DNA of 64,000 nt from a virus (taxonomy: Duplodnaviria; Heunggongvirae; Uroviricota; Caudoviricetes): the IMG/VR virus record IMGVR_UViG_3300024270_000052; one strand, given 5' to 3'. The notes under the pieces are model-generated. The model was not told where the DNA came from and did no database searches. It was given only the letters and a program-made list of their open reading frames with translations. Positions 11,462 to 21,448 of this stretch are shown one piece after another. Position 1 is the stretch's first letter. The number at the start of each line of letters is the position of its first letter. A program made the position numbers and the translations under genes.

Positions 11462-11764
11462 TTAATCATCCTCACTTAAAGTATATCCAGCAATAGAATT
11501 TTTATAACAATAATGTTGAGTTAAACGTTTCATAAACATTTCTAATTCATCAATATAAAAAATTTTATCTTCTTCCCATTCATCTAAATGGTCTTCAATA
11601 AAATCTGAATAAGAAACAAATTCAATACCAATGATACCATAAGCTTTAGCCTTTTCACTTAAAGCAATTGGATTTGCGCAAATAATTGCGCCATTTGTTT
11701 CTTTTGCTTTAAGCATAAGCTTTTTTGTCTTTCCACTTCCGCGGGAATCAATAACTCTAAACAT
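11462..11764 (-). CDS. hypothetical protein (100 aa)
   Basis: Track ORF with a P-loop-like 'SRGSGKTKK'. Confidence 0.35.
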   Translation of the reverse strand: MFRVIDSRGSGKTKKLMLKAKETNGAIICANPIALSEKAKAYGIIGIEFVSYSDFIEDHLDEWEEDKIFYIDELEMFMKRLTQHYCYKNSIAGYTLSEDD

Positions 11765-11765
11765 A

Positions 11766-12755
11766 TTATTTGTTACCTCGTGTCATATTATAACCAAATG
11801 TTTCACTTTGATAATATTTAATCCAAAATTTTTCTTTTTCATTAAGTTGCGTTCTATCACATTCTTCAAGAATTTCAAAAGAGAAATTTTCTACTTTATC
11901 ACTTTTCATAGCAGTATATAATTTATTGTTTGAACCATCAATACCTAAACCAGCTTTAATATGTGTTTTAAATCTATCAGCAATATTAACTGATTGTCCT
12001 ATATAACACATTTGATTATTTAAATTAGTAATTTTATAAATACCAATTTTATTTTCTGTACCTATTAATCTGCCAATTAAATCACTTGTAGGTTTTTCAT
12101 AATAAGTTTTCCAAATAATTTTATTTAATGGTTCTTCATTTCTTAAATAAGGAATTATTGAACGCAATTTTTCAATTTCATTTTTATCTGTATCAGATAA
12201 TTGTATTTTATAAAATTCTTTTTTATTGTTTTCTTCTAAAGTTCTTTTATTCGCTTGAATAGCCGCATTTACAATAGAAGTCTAATCATTAATTTTTTGT
12301 TCCAAAAGAGATAAAGTATCCTAATGCTATTTTATAGTTTCTGCGGTTTGCTGCGCAAGTTCTTCCATTAAATTAAAATATTCTTCTTCACATTGCTTTT
12401 TATTCTTTTCAAATTCAATTCGCATATTTTCAGTAGATAATTCAAATTCTTTTTCCGCAATCTATTTACTTTGTTTATAAATAACTTCTCCAGCTTGCTT
12501 TGCCTATTCTTCAATTAACATAATACTTTTCTATGTCTCTTCTCTTTTGGATTCTAAAAATTTTATATTTCCTTTTAAATTTAAAGAATCTAATTTTAAT
12601 GATTGATTTTCATTTGTCAATATTTCATTTTCTTTTTGTAATTCTTCGTTTTTAAATGCTATTTCTTTATTATAAGTAATATTTTTTTTACCTTTTAATA
12701 AATAAAAACAAAGCATTCCAAATAGAAAACTTAAAATACATAAAAATATTGTCAT
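11766..12755 (-). CDS. T5orf172/GIY-YIG-like nuclease with N-terminal TM helix and coiled coil, seven in-frame TAG codons
   Basis: Track ORFs 12531..12755 (TM helix + coiled coil) and 11766..12167 (GIY-YIG-like 'IGIYKITNLNNQMCYIGQS...RFKTHIKAG') lie in one frame. The intervening 363 nt has no TAA/TGA, only CTA triplets (TAG x7). Confidence 0.5.
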
Positions 12756-12775
12756 ATTTTAGAAAAATTAAGGGA

Positions 12776-12800
12776 TAGATGTTTAGTCTATCCCTATATT
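12776..12800 (-). terminator. rho-independent terminator
   Basis: gggatagatgtttagtctatccc hairpin after the 12811 gene. Confidence 0.45.
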
Positions 12801-12810
12801 TATATTATAA

Positions 12811-13080
12811 TTATTCTGCTTCCTCAGCATCAGGGTCAAAACTCATACCTGCAGGAGTAAGGGACAAGAACTTAACTGCCTTGTGAGTACCATCATCCAA
12901 CTCAATTTCAGCAGGAGTACGAAGACCAAGACCCTTTCTCTGGATAGCAGAGGTAAAAATGCCATCTACCTAACGCTTTTCAATACCAAGTGCCTCTGCA
13001 ACATCAGCAGCAGTAACATTAGCACCATTAACTTCCTTCAAATAATTAAGAACCTTCTTAGAATTTTCCTTCATAGCCAT
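12811..13080 (-). CDS. small acidic hypothetical protein, one in-frame TAG
   Basis: Translated codon by codon: MAMKENSKKVLNYLKEVNGANVTAADVAEALGIEKR(TAG)VDGIFTSAIQRKGLGLRTPAEIELDDGTHKAVKFLSLTPAGMSFDPDAEEAE. TAG at 12970-12972. Terminator hairpin downstream. Confidence 0.35.
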
Positions 13081-13150
13081 AATAGTAAAATCTCCTTTAA
13101 ATTATAAATATTTTTTTAATTTTAAATTTTTTAATTAAGCTTTTTGCTTA

Positions 13151-13187
13151 TGTAAATATTATACCAAAAAATTTTTTAAATGTCAAA
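13151..13187 (-). promoter_or_regulatory. promoter cassette (variant, -35 TTGACA)
   Basis: 'tgtaaatattataccaaaaaattttttaaatgtcaa'. Confidence 0.45.
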
Positions 13188-13379
13188 TTTTTTTGACGAT
13201 AAAATCTCTTGAACCATTTCATCAATAATGGTCATATCTTCAAGTTTATCTACATGACTTGATAGATTAAAAATTTCTGCTTCTGCTTTTTTTACTTTTT
13301 GTGGGTCATTACTATTTTGAATAATCCATTCAGCTTTAGCAATTTTATTTGCGAGATTTTTACGTTCTTTATTTTTCAT
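13176..13379 (-). CDS. hypothetical protein (67 aa)
   Basis: Track ORF flanked by two promoter-motif copies. Confidence 0.35.
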   Translation of the reverse strand: MKNKERKNLANKIAKAEWIIQNSNDPQKVKKAEAEIFNLSSHVDKLEDMTIIDEMVQEILSSKKFDI

Positions 13380-13403
13380 AAAATTTTCTTCCTTAATCTT
13401 TAC

Positions 13404-13440
13404 TATATATATTATATCATAAATTTTTTAAAAAGTCAAA
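13404..13440 (-). promoter_or_regulatory. promoter cassette copy
   Basis: 'ctatatatattatatcataaattttttaaaaagtcaaa'. Confidence 0.5.
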
Positions 13441-13450
13441 AAATTTTGAT

Positions 13451-15403
13451 TTATTTTAAAAAATTTTTTTCAAATTCTTCTTCCGTAATAATCGGAATAC
13501 CAAGCTTTTGAGCAGATTGATTTTTTCCAGTAGTAGAAGCAATATCATTATTAATTAAATAACTTGTATTTTTGCTTACACTATCCATTACTTTTCCGCC
13601 CATATTTTCAATAATTAATTTTAAATCATCACGTTTTTTATAATTATTTAATTTACCAGTAATAACAAACTTTAATCCATCGCAAGTTTTTTCAATTTCT
13701 TCATTAATTATAGTATTTTGAATTGGAGGACAAATATATTTTTCATATATTTCATCTGCTTCACTATAATCAAAATTCCAAATAGCTAAAGTTTTTGATT
13801 CCGCAAAACCATCTAATTTAGAAAAATCAAATTTTTCATTTATCATATTCCTAAAGTTTAAATAAGTAGAACATTTCTCTATTAAAATTTTAGCTACAGA
13901 ATTTCCAATAAGAGGAATACCAAGAGCAGATATAAAAGAAACATCATCACATATCTTAGCTTCTTCAATCGCATTTAAGATTTTATCCACAGAAGCGATT
14001 CCAAAACCTGGTTTTTCAATCCATTCATCTCTATAATCTTTTAATGTAAAAATATCTTTTATATTTTCAATCCAATTCCAATCAATTAATTTTTCTAAAG
14101 TAGCTTTAGACAAACCTTTAATATTTAAACCTTTTTTTGAACAAAAATGGTCTAATTTATTAAGAAATTTACCTTCACAATTAAGATTATTACATACTAA
14201 TACAGTGGAACAATTTTCTGTAACTGTAATAGTTTCTCCACCACAAATAGGACATTGTCTTGGAATATCAATAATTAAATCTTGAATATAACAATTATCA
14301 CTTTTTTCTGCTCGTTCAATTTGAGGAATAATCATATTTCTTTTAGAAACCCAAATTTTTTGATATACTTGCGGCATATCACCTAAAGTTTCTTTAAGAA
14401 TACTAAGATTATGAAGATTTGCTCTTTCCACCATTGTACCATCAATTTCTACTGGATTAAATACTGCTACTGGTGTTAATACTCCTGTACGACCCATTGT
14501 ATATTCAATATTTAATAATGAGGTTTCATATTCTTCATCATAGAATTTAAATGCCATAGCATTTTTAAAATGGTGGTCAGTAGCTCCTAAACTTTTTCCA
14601 TATTCAATATCATTAAATTTAAAAACTATTCCATCAATAGGATAATTTAAATGATGTGCGGCTTCAATAATTTCATCATCAATTGTTTCCCAATTGAAAT
14701 CATTGTCATATCTATAAGGAACAATAGAAAAATTTAAAAAAGATAATTTTTTTAATTTTTCTGATAATAATTTAATATCATTAAAACCTTCAATAACATC
14801 CCAAGCAATAAAACATAAATTACGTTTAGCACATTCTTTGGAATCAAGTAATCTAATACTACCTGCCGCAAAATTACGAGGATTTTTATACATTGTTTTA
14901 AATAATTCATTAAAAGTATCAAGAGGGCAAATAATTTCTCCATCAACAATTAACTCATCTTTATAATCAATATATTTAGGGATATTATCAACAACCCAAG
15001 CATTATGAGTTATATCTTCTCCCTCAACTCCATTACCACGAGTTTCTGCGGAAACCAATTTACCATTTAAATATCGTAATGAACAAGTTAAACCATCCAT
15101 CTTAAACATACATAAATAATTTTTATTTTGTTTAAGAAAATTTTTAATTACATTAATATCTTTAGTCTTATCAAGTGAAAGCATTAAATGATTATGTTTA
15201 ACTTTTTTTAATTCATTTATTACATTATAAACGATTTTTTGTGTGGGTGAATCATCATAAATAATTCCAGTCTTTTCTTCTAAATGAATTAATTCAAAAA
15301 ACTTATCATCATATTCTTTATCAGAAATAGTTGGATGACCTTCATCATATTCTTTTGTTCTGGCATTTAAATAATCAATCAATTCTCTGATAATTAATTC
15401 CAT
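13451..15403 (-). CDS. ligA: NAD+-dependent DNA ligase
   Basis: 650 aa. Adenylation motif 'KMDGLTCSLRY' (KxDG), C-terminal zinc-finger cysteines (CPICGGE...C) and a BRCT-like C-terminus. No TAG. Confidence 0.85.
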   Translation of the reverse strand: MELIIRELIDYLNARTKEYDEGHPTISDKEYDDKFFELIHLEEKTGIIYDDSPTQKIVYNVINELKKVKHNHLMLSLDKTKDINVIKNFLKQNKNYLCMFKMDGLTCSLRYLNGKLVSAETRGNGVEGEDITHNAWVVDNIPKYIDYKDELIVDGEIICPLDTFNELFKTMYKNPRNFAAGSIRLLDSKECAKRNLCFIAWDVIEGFNDIKLLSEKLKKLSFLNFSIVPYRYDNDFNWETIDDEIIEAAHHLNYPIDGIVFKFNDIEYGKSLGATDHHFKNAMAFKFYDEEYETSLLNIEYTMGRTGVLTPVAVFNPVEIDGTMVERANLHNLSILKETLGDMPQVYQKIWVSKRNMIIPQIERAEKSDNCYIQDLIIDIPRQCPICGGETITVTENCSTVLVCNNLNCEGKFLNKLDHFCSKKGLNIKGLSKATLEKLIDWNWIENIKDIFTLKDYRDEWIEKPGFGIASVDKILNAIEEAKICDDVSFISALGIPLIGNSVAKILIEKCSTYLNFRNMINEKFDFSKLDGFAESKTLAIWNFDYSEADEIYEKYICPPIQNTIINEEIEKTCDGLKFVITGKLNNYKKRDDLKLIIENMGGKVMDSVSKNTSYLINNDIASTTGKNQSAQKLGIPIITEEEFEKNFLK

Positions 15404-15424
15404 AATAAAATCCTTTATGATTTA

Positions 15425-15467
15425 TTTTCTATATATATTATATAATATTTTTTTAAAAATATCAATA
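15425..15467 (-). promoter_or_regulatory. promoter cassette copy
   Basis: 'ttttctatatatattatataatatttttttaaaaatatcaa', followed by hairpin aaggaagct..agcttcctt. Confidence 0.55.
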
Positions 15468-15478
15468 TAAGGAAGCTA

Positions 15479-15751
15479 TTAAGCTTCCTTATAAATTCCA
15501 TATTTCATATCCTCTAATAATTGTTTATAAAAATTACAAAATGGAGAATCTGAAAAAGATATAACACTATCATTTATAAATAAAATACCTTTTATATTAG
15601 CATTCCCATTTGTAATAGTTACAGATTCTGAAGTAATATATTTATTTTTTATTTCTAAAAAAGAAATATCGTCTTTGTAATTAGGACAATTGTCTTCCCA
15701 CAAATCTAAAATATGACGAAAATCTTTATTTGTATAAATTATTTTTATCAT
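15479..15751 (-). CDS. hypothetical protein (90 aa)
   Basis: Track ORF. Confidence 0.4.
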   Translation of the reverse strand: MIKIIYTNKDFRHILDLWEDNCPNYKDDISFLEIKNKYITSESVTITNGNANIKGILFINDSVISFSDSPFCNFYKQLLEDMKYGIYKEA

Positions 15752-15753
15752 TT

Positions 15754-18147
15754 TTATACTTTACTCACTGAAATAATTTTATTATTTTTGATAATTTGAT
15801 TACCAACTGAAACCCTTCCAAGAGTTGGAATTTCATTAGATTTTATACAAATTGAATTTTTATCACCGCAGATTAAAATGTTATCTTCATTAGATAACAA
15901 GGCGGCCGCAGATACAAAACCTGTCGTTGTGGTAGGTTTATAACATAACAAACCTTTACCACCCTTCTTTTGGATAGGAGTTTCACTAATTAAGTATTTT
16001 TTACCTAATCCATTTTCAGTAAAGATAGCAATCATATCTTTTTCATCTCTAATGACAAGAGTAGTAATTACATTATCATCTTTACTTAAATTAATTCCTT
16101 TAACTCCTTGAGTTATGCGTCCCATAGCTCCAACTTCCATAGAATTAAATTTAATTGTATAACCATTTTTCGTGACAATAATGACAGGTTCATCTTTAAT
16201 TAAATTGACAGAAACTAATTCATCATCATCTTTAATATTAATTGCCGCAATTCCACTCTTTTTTGAAGTTTTAATATATTCGTCAAGCGCAGTTTTCTTT
16301 ACTAAGCCATTCTTTGTCGTAAATAATACATATTTAGCATCAGTATCTCTATAAATAGAATAAATTACTGTAGGATTTTCATTTGGTTCCATTGTAACCA
16401 AAGACTTAATAGATTGACCTTTTGCCGTATTATTTCCAACAGGAATATCGTTAACTAATAAACGATACATTCTTCCTTTATCAGTAAAAATCATTAGAGA
16501 ATCAATTGTATTAGTGCGGATTACCATTGAAGTAATATCATCTTGCGTGCGCACTCCTACACCATTTCTTCGTTGTGTACGGAAAGAAGAACTAGGAACT
16601 CTTTTAATTAAGCCACTTTCTGTCATAACAACTACACATTTTTCAGGCTCAACAAATTCAATTTCTTTTTCTTCTTTATTTTCAGAAATATTATTTAACT
16701 TTGTCCTTCTGGCATCACCATATGCGTCCCGCAAAGAAGATATTTTTTTAATTAATATTCCATCACGATAAGATTTATTTCCAATAATACGATTACATTC
16801 TTCAATAAAAATTTCCTTTTCTTGCTTCTCTTGGATAAGTTCATTTTTATCAATACGAGTTAATTTTACTAATTTCATATCTAAAATAGCATCTGCTTGA
16901 ATTTCATCTATATTCAAGAAAGAAACAAGACTTGTACGAGCAATATTTTTATTTTCTGAATTTTTAATTAATTTAATTACTTCATCAATTTTATCAATAG
17001 CAATAATTAAACCTTCAATAATATGTAATCTTTTTTCAGCTTTATCTTTATCAAAATATGTGGCATTAAGTAATACATCTTCTTGATGAATTACATAATA
17101 TTTAATTAAATCATAAAGAGAACAAAGCTTTGGTGTTCCATTTACAATAAAATTCATATTAAATGATAGAGTTGTCTGTAAATCAGTTAAAGCAAATAAT
17201 TTACTTAAAGCAGTTTGGATACATCCTTCATCTTTTACTGTGAATACAAGTCTATTAATACCAACTGATGATTCATCATCAAAATCAATAATACTTTTTT
17301 CAAGTTCTTCAATATTATCGTTAATTTGTTCTTTAATTTTATTTCTATATGTTCTATATGGAATTGAATTAAAAATAATTTTATTATTTTCAATTTCATA
17401 ATCACCACGAACTTTTAACGAAACATTTGATTTACCAGTAGCATATGCTGAACGCACTTCTTTAATATTGATGATTTGACCTCCTAAAGGAAAATCCGGT
17501 CCAGGAATATCTTTCATTAATTCATCAATATTAATATTTCCTTCATTTTCAATATAATGAATAATAGCATTACAAACTTCTGTTAAATTATGAGGAAGTG
17601 AATTGTGTGCCATTGAAATACCAATAGCCTGTCTACCATTACAAAGAGCATTTGGGAATAAACCAGGAAGAACTACAGGCTCCATAAATTCACCATTATA
17701 AGTCTCTTTTTCTGGAATAACTTTCTTTTTATAATCATTCATCATTAAATCAGTATATAAAGAAGGTTTTGCTTCAGTATATCTGGATGATGCTACCATA
17801 TCATTAGATTCTTGAGTTCCTAATGAACCTTGTCCTTTAACAAGTGGATATCTCATTAAAAACTCTTGTGACATTTTACATAAGACTCCATAACAAGAAA
17901 TATCACCATGAAAATATGATGTTGCTAACGTGCTACCAACGATAGCATTACATTTCTTTGTTTTTCCTTTAGAATCCATTTTAAGATAATCTTCCATAGT
18001 CCAAAGAATTTTTCTTTGGGCACTAAGTAAACCATCTTCTACTGCTGGAATCGCTCTATCAGTTAAAACTTCTTCCGCATAAACTAAGAAATTATCTTTA
18101 GCTTCATCTATAATATCTATTTCTGTAATAAAATTTTCTTTTTCCAT
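15754..18147 (-). CDS. type II DNA topoisomerase subunit A (GyrA/ParC-like)
   Basis: 797 aa. 'YFHGD' (HPHGD-like) and catalytic-tyrosine region 'ASSRYTEAK'. Lies next to the GyrB-like gene. No TAG. Confidence 0.8.
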   Translation of the reverse strand: MEKENFITEIDIIDEAKDNFLVYAEEVLTDRAIPAVEDGLLSAQRKILWTMEDYLKMDSKGKTKKCNAIVGSTLATSYFHGDISCYGVLCKMSQEFLMRYPLVKGQGSLGTQESNDMVASSRYTEAKPSLYTDLMMNDYKKKVIPEKETYNGEFMEPVVLPGLFPNALCNGRQAIGISMAHNSLPHNLTEVCNAIIHYIENEGNINIDELMKDIPGPDFPLGGQIINIKEVRSAYATGKSNVSLKVRGDYEIENNKIIFNSIPYRTYRNKIKEQINDNIEELEKSIIDFDDESSVGINRLVFTVKDEGCIQTALSKLFALTDLQTTLSFNMNFIVNGTPKLCSLYDLIKYYVIHQEDVLLNATYFDKDKAEKRLHIIEGLIIAIDKIDEVIKLIKNSENKNIARTSLVSFLNIDEIQADAILDMKLVKLTRIDKNELIQEKQEKEIFIEECNRIIGNKSYRDGILIKKISSLRDAYGDARRTKLNNISENKEEKEIEFVEPEKCVVVMTESGLIKRVPSSSFRTQRRNGVGVRTQDDITSMVIRTNTIDSLMIFTDKGRMYRLLVNDIPVGNNTAKGQSIKSLVTMEPNENPTVIYSIYRDTDAKYVLFTTKNGLVKKTALDEYIKTSKKSGIAAINIKDDDELVSVNLIKDEPVIIVTKNGYTIKFNSMEVGAMGRITQGVKGINLSKDDNVITTLVIRDEKDMIAIFTENGLGKKYLISETPIQKKGGKGLLCYKPTTTTGFVSAAALLSNEDNILICGDKNSICIKSNEIPTLGRVSVGNQIIKNNKIISVSKV

Positions 18148-18159
18148 ATTTATAACCTC

Positions 18160-20055
18160 TTAATCAAAATTAAATCCTAATTGTGTAGCATTTTCATAGA
18201 TAAATTTCTTGCGAGGTTCTACAGCTTGACCTTGTAAAACTTCAAGAAGTTTTGTTGTTTCTACAGCATCAGATACTGTAATTCTTTTAAAACGCTCATT
18301 TTCAAAACATACTTTTCGTAAATCGGCAGGATTTAATTCGCCAAGACCTTTTGCTCTAAGGATATCATATCCAGACTTTGCTGTCTTTTTCCAATCTTCT
18401 AACTCTTTATCACTATAAAAATACAATTCATTTTTGCCAGTTCTTACAATGTAAAGAGGAGTTACAGCTCTATATAACATACCTGCGTCAACCAAAGGAC
18501 GCATATATGTATAGAAAAATGTAATAAGAAGAAGTTCAATATCAGCACCATCGCTATCTTGGTCACTTGTAATTACAATTTTATTAAATTGACATTTAGA
18601 AACATCAAAATCTTTACCAAATCCGCAACCAATTACTTTAATAATATCTGACATTTCTTGATTGGTAAGAATTTTATCTATAGATGTTTTTAAAGGAGAA
18701 ATAATCTTTCCTCTCAGCATATAGATACAGTCAGTTTTGACATTTCTTGCTTCAACTGCCGCACTACCTGCGGACAATCCCTCAACCAAAAGTAAATTTC
18801 TTTCCTTTGGGTTTTTATTAACACAATCAATAAATTTATTACTAATTGACATTTTTGCTTTTAGACCTTTTGGAGCATTTTTATCTCTAACAGCATCTCT
18901 GGCTTTCTTAGCCGCTTCTCTTGCTTTACGAGCATTAATTGCCTTATCTGCGATTTCTTTAATTGCTTTCTCATTATTAGAAAGCCAATTCCGCAATTCA
19001 TCAGCAATAACTTCTGTAAAAGGAGTCATATCTAATTTTACAATTCTACTCTTGGTTTGCGCATCATAACTAACACCAGGAGCAGTAATATTAAATACAA
19101 GATACATTCCTTCTTGACAATCATCACCAGTTAAATTTTCATCTTTATCTTTTAACCATTTTTTTTCTCTAAAGAATTTATTCATTTCTCTAGTAATGAT
19201 TGTTTTCATTTGTGTGATATGCGGACCGGAATCAGTTAAACCTGTATTTACATATGGCACAATTGAAGTAGAATAACTATTAGTATAAGTTAAAACCAAA
19301 TCAATTTTATTTTTATTATTTTCAAAATTTATATTTAATCTATTTTTAATAATTTCCGTATCTTTAACAGATTCATTTACTAAATCAGTTAAACCATTTT
19401 TTGAATAATATTCTTCATTATTAAGAATAATTTTTAATCCGGGACATAAACAAACTATTACTTTAAAAAGTTTTTTAATTACATTAATATCCACTTCTGG
19501 ATTGTTAAAAAATTCTTCACTCGGCTTCCATTTAACTAATGTTCCTGATGGTGTAATATTATTTTCCCATTTTCCAACATCTCTTTTTTCAAAGATTCCT
19601 TCTTTAAACCAAATGTGCTCATATTTTCCATCTCGCCAAGAAATAACTTCCAACCAATGTGAAAGATAGTTAGCAAGTTTAGAACCAATACCATTCAATC
19701 CAAGAGCTGTTCCTTCATAAACCCCATCTTCAGAATATTTACCTGAAGTATTTAATACACTAAAAGATGCTTCAAGAACAGTTTTTCCATCATCTCTCAT
19801 AAGATTAGGAATAAAACCTTGACCATTATCTTCTACAATAATTGTATTATCATCCAGAATATCTACTTTAATTATATTACCATGTCCAGCTTTAAATTCA
19901 TCAACCGCATTTGATACAATTTCAATTAAAAGTTGTGTTGAATATTCAGTTGAACCGACATACACTCCAGGCCGCAATCTTGTAAATTCAAGTGGTGATA
20001 GTGATTCAATACTATTCTCATTATATAATTTTTTATTTTCCATTTTTAACCTCAC
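18160..20055 (-). CDS. type II DNA topoisomerase subunit B (GyrB-like ATPase + TOPRIM)
   Basis: 631 aa. GHKL ATPase N-terminus, TOPRIM 'LLVEGLSAGSA' (EGDSA-like) and 'DQDSDGADI'. No TAG. Confidence 0.8.
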   Translation of the reverse strand: MRLKMENKKLYNENSIESLSPLEFTRLRPGVYVGSTEYSTQLLIEIVSNAVDEFKAGHGNIIKVDILDDNTIIVEDNGQGFIPNLMRDDGKTVLEASFSVLNTSGKYSEDGVYEGTALGLNGIGSKLANYLSHWLEVISWRDGKYEHIWFKEGIFEKRDVGKWENNITPSGTLVKWKPSEEFFNNPEVDINVIKKLFKVIVCLCPGLKIILNNEEYYSKNGLTDLVNESVKDTEIIKNRLNINFENNKNKIDLVLTYTNSYSTSIVPYVNTGLTDSGPHITQMKTIITREMNKFFREKKWLKDKDENLTGDDCQEGMYLVFNITAPGVSYDAQTKSRIVKLDMTPFTEVIADELRNWLSNNEKAIKEIADKAINARKAREAAKKARDAVRDKNAPKGLKAKMSISNKFIDCVNKNPKERNLLLVEGLSAGSAAVEARNVKTDCIYMLRGKIISPLKTSIDKILTNQEMSDIIKVIGCGFGKDFDVSKCQFNKIVITSDQDSDGADIELLLITFFYTYMRPLVDAGMLYRAVTPLYIVRTGKNELYFYSDKELEDWKKTAKSGYDILRAKGLGELNPADLRKVCFENERFKRITVSDAVETTKLLEVLQGQAVEPRKKFIYENATQLGFNFD

Positions 20056-20503
20056 TCGGTTTTATTTTACCTGTTGCTAATTTATCTGCTAATTCATTTC
20101 CTTTATTTCCATTATGACCTTTAATTTTTCTTAAATCAATTCTATAACCTTCTTTATATAAATTATAATATGCTTTGATTAAATCAAGATTTTCTGGAAT
20201 TTGACCATTTGACTTAATCCAACCATTTCTTTCCCAATTAAACATCCAAGTATTAAATGTATTAACTGCATAAGAAGAATCACTATAAACAATTGGGGGC
20301 ATCATAAAACCTGTTGTACTTTCATGAATACCATAATTAATCATAGTATATAATATTGCTTTTAATTCTTGAATATTATTAGTTGTTTCTTTTTCTTGAT
20401 GTGAATAAGTTGCCATAATATTATTCACATCATCACATATGACAACTCCATAACCTCCTGGTCCAGGATTAGGATGAGCTGAACCATCTGTATATATAAT
20501 CAT
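20033..20503 (-). CDS. rnhA: ribonuclease H
   Basis: 156 aa. RNase HI catalytic pattern (MIIYTDGS...ELKAI...SDSSY...KGHNGNKGNELADKLA). Confidence 0.8.
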   Translation of the reverse strand: MIIYTDGSAHPNPGPGGYGVVICDDVNNIMATYSHQEKETTNNIQELKAILYTMINYGIHESTTGFMMPPIVYSDSSYAVNTFNTWMFNWERNGWIKSNGQIPENLDLIKAYYNLYKEGYRIDLRKIKGHNGNKGNELADKLATGKIKPSEVKNGK

Positions 20504-20615
20504 ATTATTTTCCTTTTGAATAAAAATAGTAAATATATATATTAATATTTATATATTATTTAATTAATTTATATATTAATATTATATTTACTATTCTATA
20601 TTTTATTTTATTTTA
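20504..20615. repeat. AT-rich iterated 'tatatattaatatt' repeat region
   Basis: About 110 bp of above 90% AT with direct repeats 'atatatattaatatttatatatta' and 'tttatatattaatattatattta'. Non-coding; flanked by the RNase H/topoisomerase replication genes. Confidence 0.35.
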
Positions 20616-20653
20616 TATATATATATTATATCATATTTTTTTTATATTGTCAA
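20615..20653 (-). promoter_or_regulatory. promoter cassette copy (-35 TTGACA)
   Basis: 'tatatatatattatatcatattttttttatattgtcaa'. Confidence 0.55.
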
Positions 20654-20660
20654 GTAAATC

Positions 20661-20945
20661 TTACAAAGTACTTAATGTAATATCTTCTAATTTATTTGCT
20701 GTAATAGCGACACCATCGCAATTATTATATGGATAAGATGTTAAAGATGTCTATAAAAATTGATTATCATTATGAATAATAGATATATTATTAATGCATC
20801 CATTACGAATAGCCATTAAATTAATTGAAGGAAATAAATCTTCAAGACGTTTCATAATATCATTAGCTGTTTCTCTATCTATATTCTAATCAAAAGAAAT
20901 TAATAAAGTATCGCCATCAGAAATATTTAAATGATTAATATTCAT
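20661..20945 (-). CDS. hypothetical protein with two in-frame TAG codons
   Basis: ATG at 20945; MNINHLNISDGDTLLISFD(TAG)NIDRETANDIMKRLEDLFPSINLMAIRNGCINNISIIHNDNQFL(TAG)TSLTSYPYNNCDGVAITANKLEDITLSTL; TAA at 20661-20663. Confidence 0.3.
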
Positions 20946-20967
20946 TTTATTTTCTCCTTTTTTATTT

Positions 20968-20998
20968 TTATTATATCATATATTTTAATAAAAGTCAA
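20968..20998 (-). promoter_or_regulatory. promoter cassette (short variant, -35 TTGACT)
   Basis: 'ttattatatcatatattttaataaaagtcaa' + hairpin gggctaaagatt..aatctttagccc. Confidence 0.45.
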
Positions 20999-21118
20999 TA
21001 AAAATAAAAATGGGGCTAAAGATTTTAATCTTTAGCCCTTATATTAAATTCCATAATTAATATCTGGAATGTAATCATTTAAATTTTCTTCTGTAACAAT
21101 ATTAGAATTTATATTCTA

Positions 21119-21448
21119 CTATTCTTCATTTACTCCCCAATCAATTTGTGGAACAGAATTACCATATATAGCATTTACTTCTGCCATAACAGATTCAAAC
21201 TTTATACCATCTTTAGAATTTTCTACTGTACTTTTTTTATAATAGAATACTTGACTTACTCCATAAGCGGTCCACGGAAAACTTATCATTGCCGCTAACC
21301 AAGGTAAAGAACCCATATAACCGCAAAAAATACAATAAAATGCTAATCCTATAAAAGACAAGGTCAATATCCATAATAATGCTGACTCTTGGATTAATAG
21401 CACTTTAGAAAATTCTTTTTTTTGATTTTTATTATTTTTCTTGCCCAT
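21119..21448 (-). CDS. small membrane protein, holin/lysis-accessory candidate
   Basis: 109 aa with two predicted TM helices. Its start overlaps the endolysin stop. Confidence 0.4.
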   Translation of the reverse strand: MGKKNNKNQKKEFSKVLLIQESALLWILTLSFIGLAFYCIFCGYMGSLPWLAAMISFPWTAYGVSQVFYYKKSTVENSKDGIKFESVMAEVNAIYGNSVPQIDWGVNEE

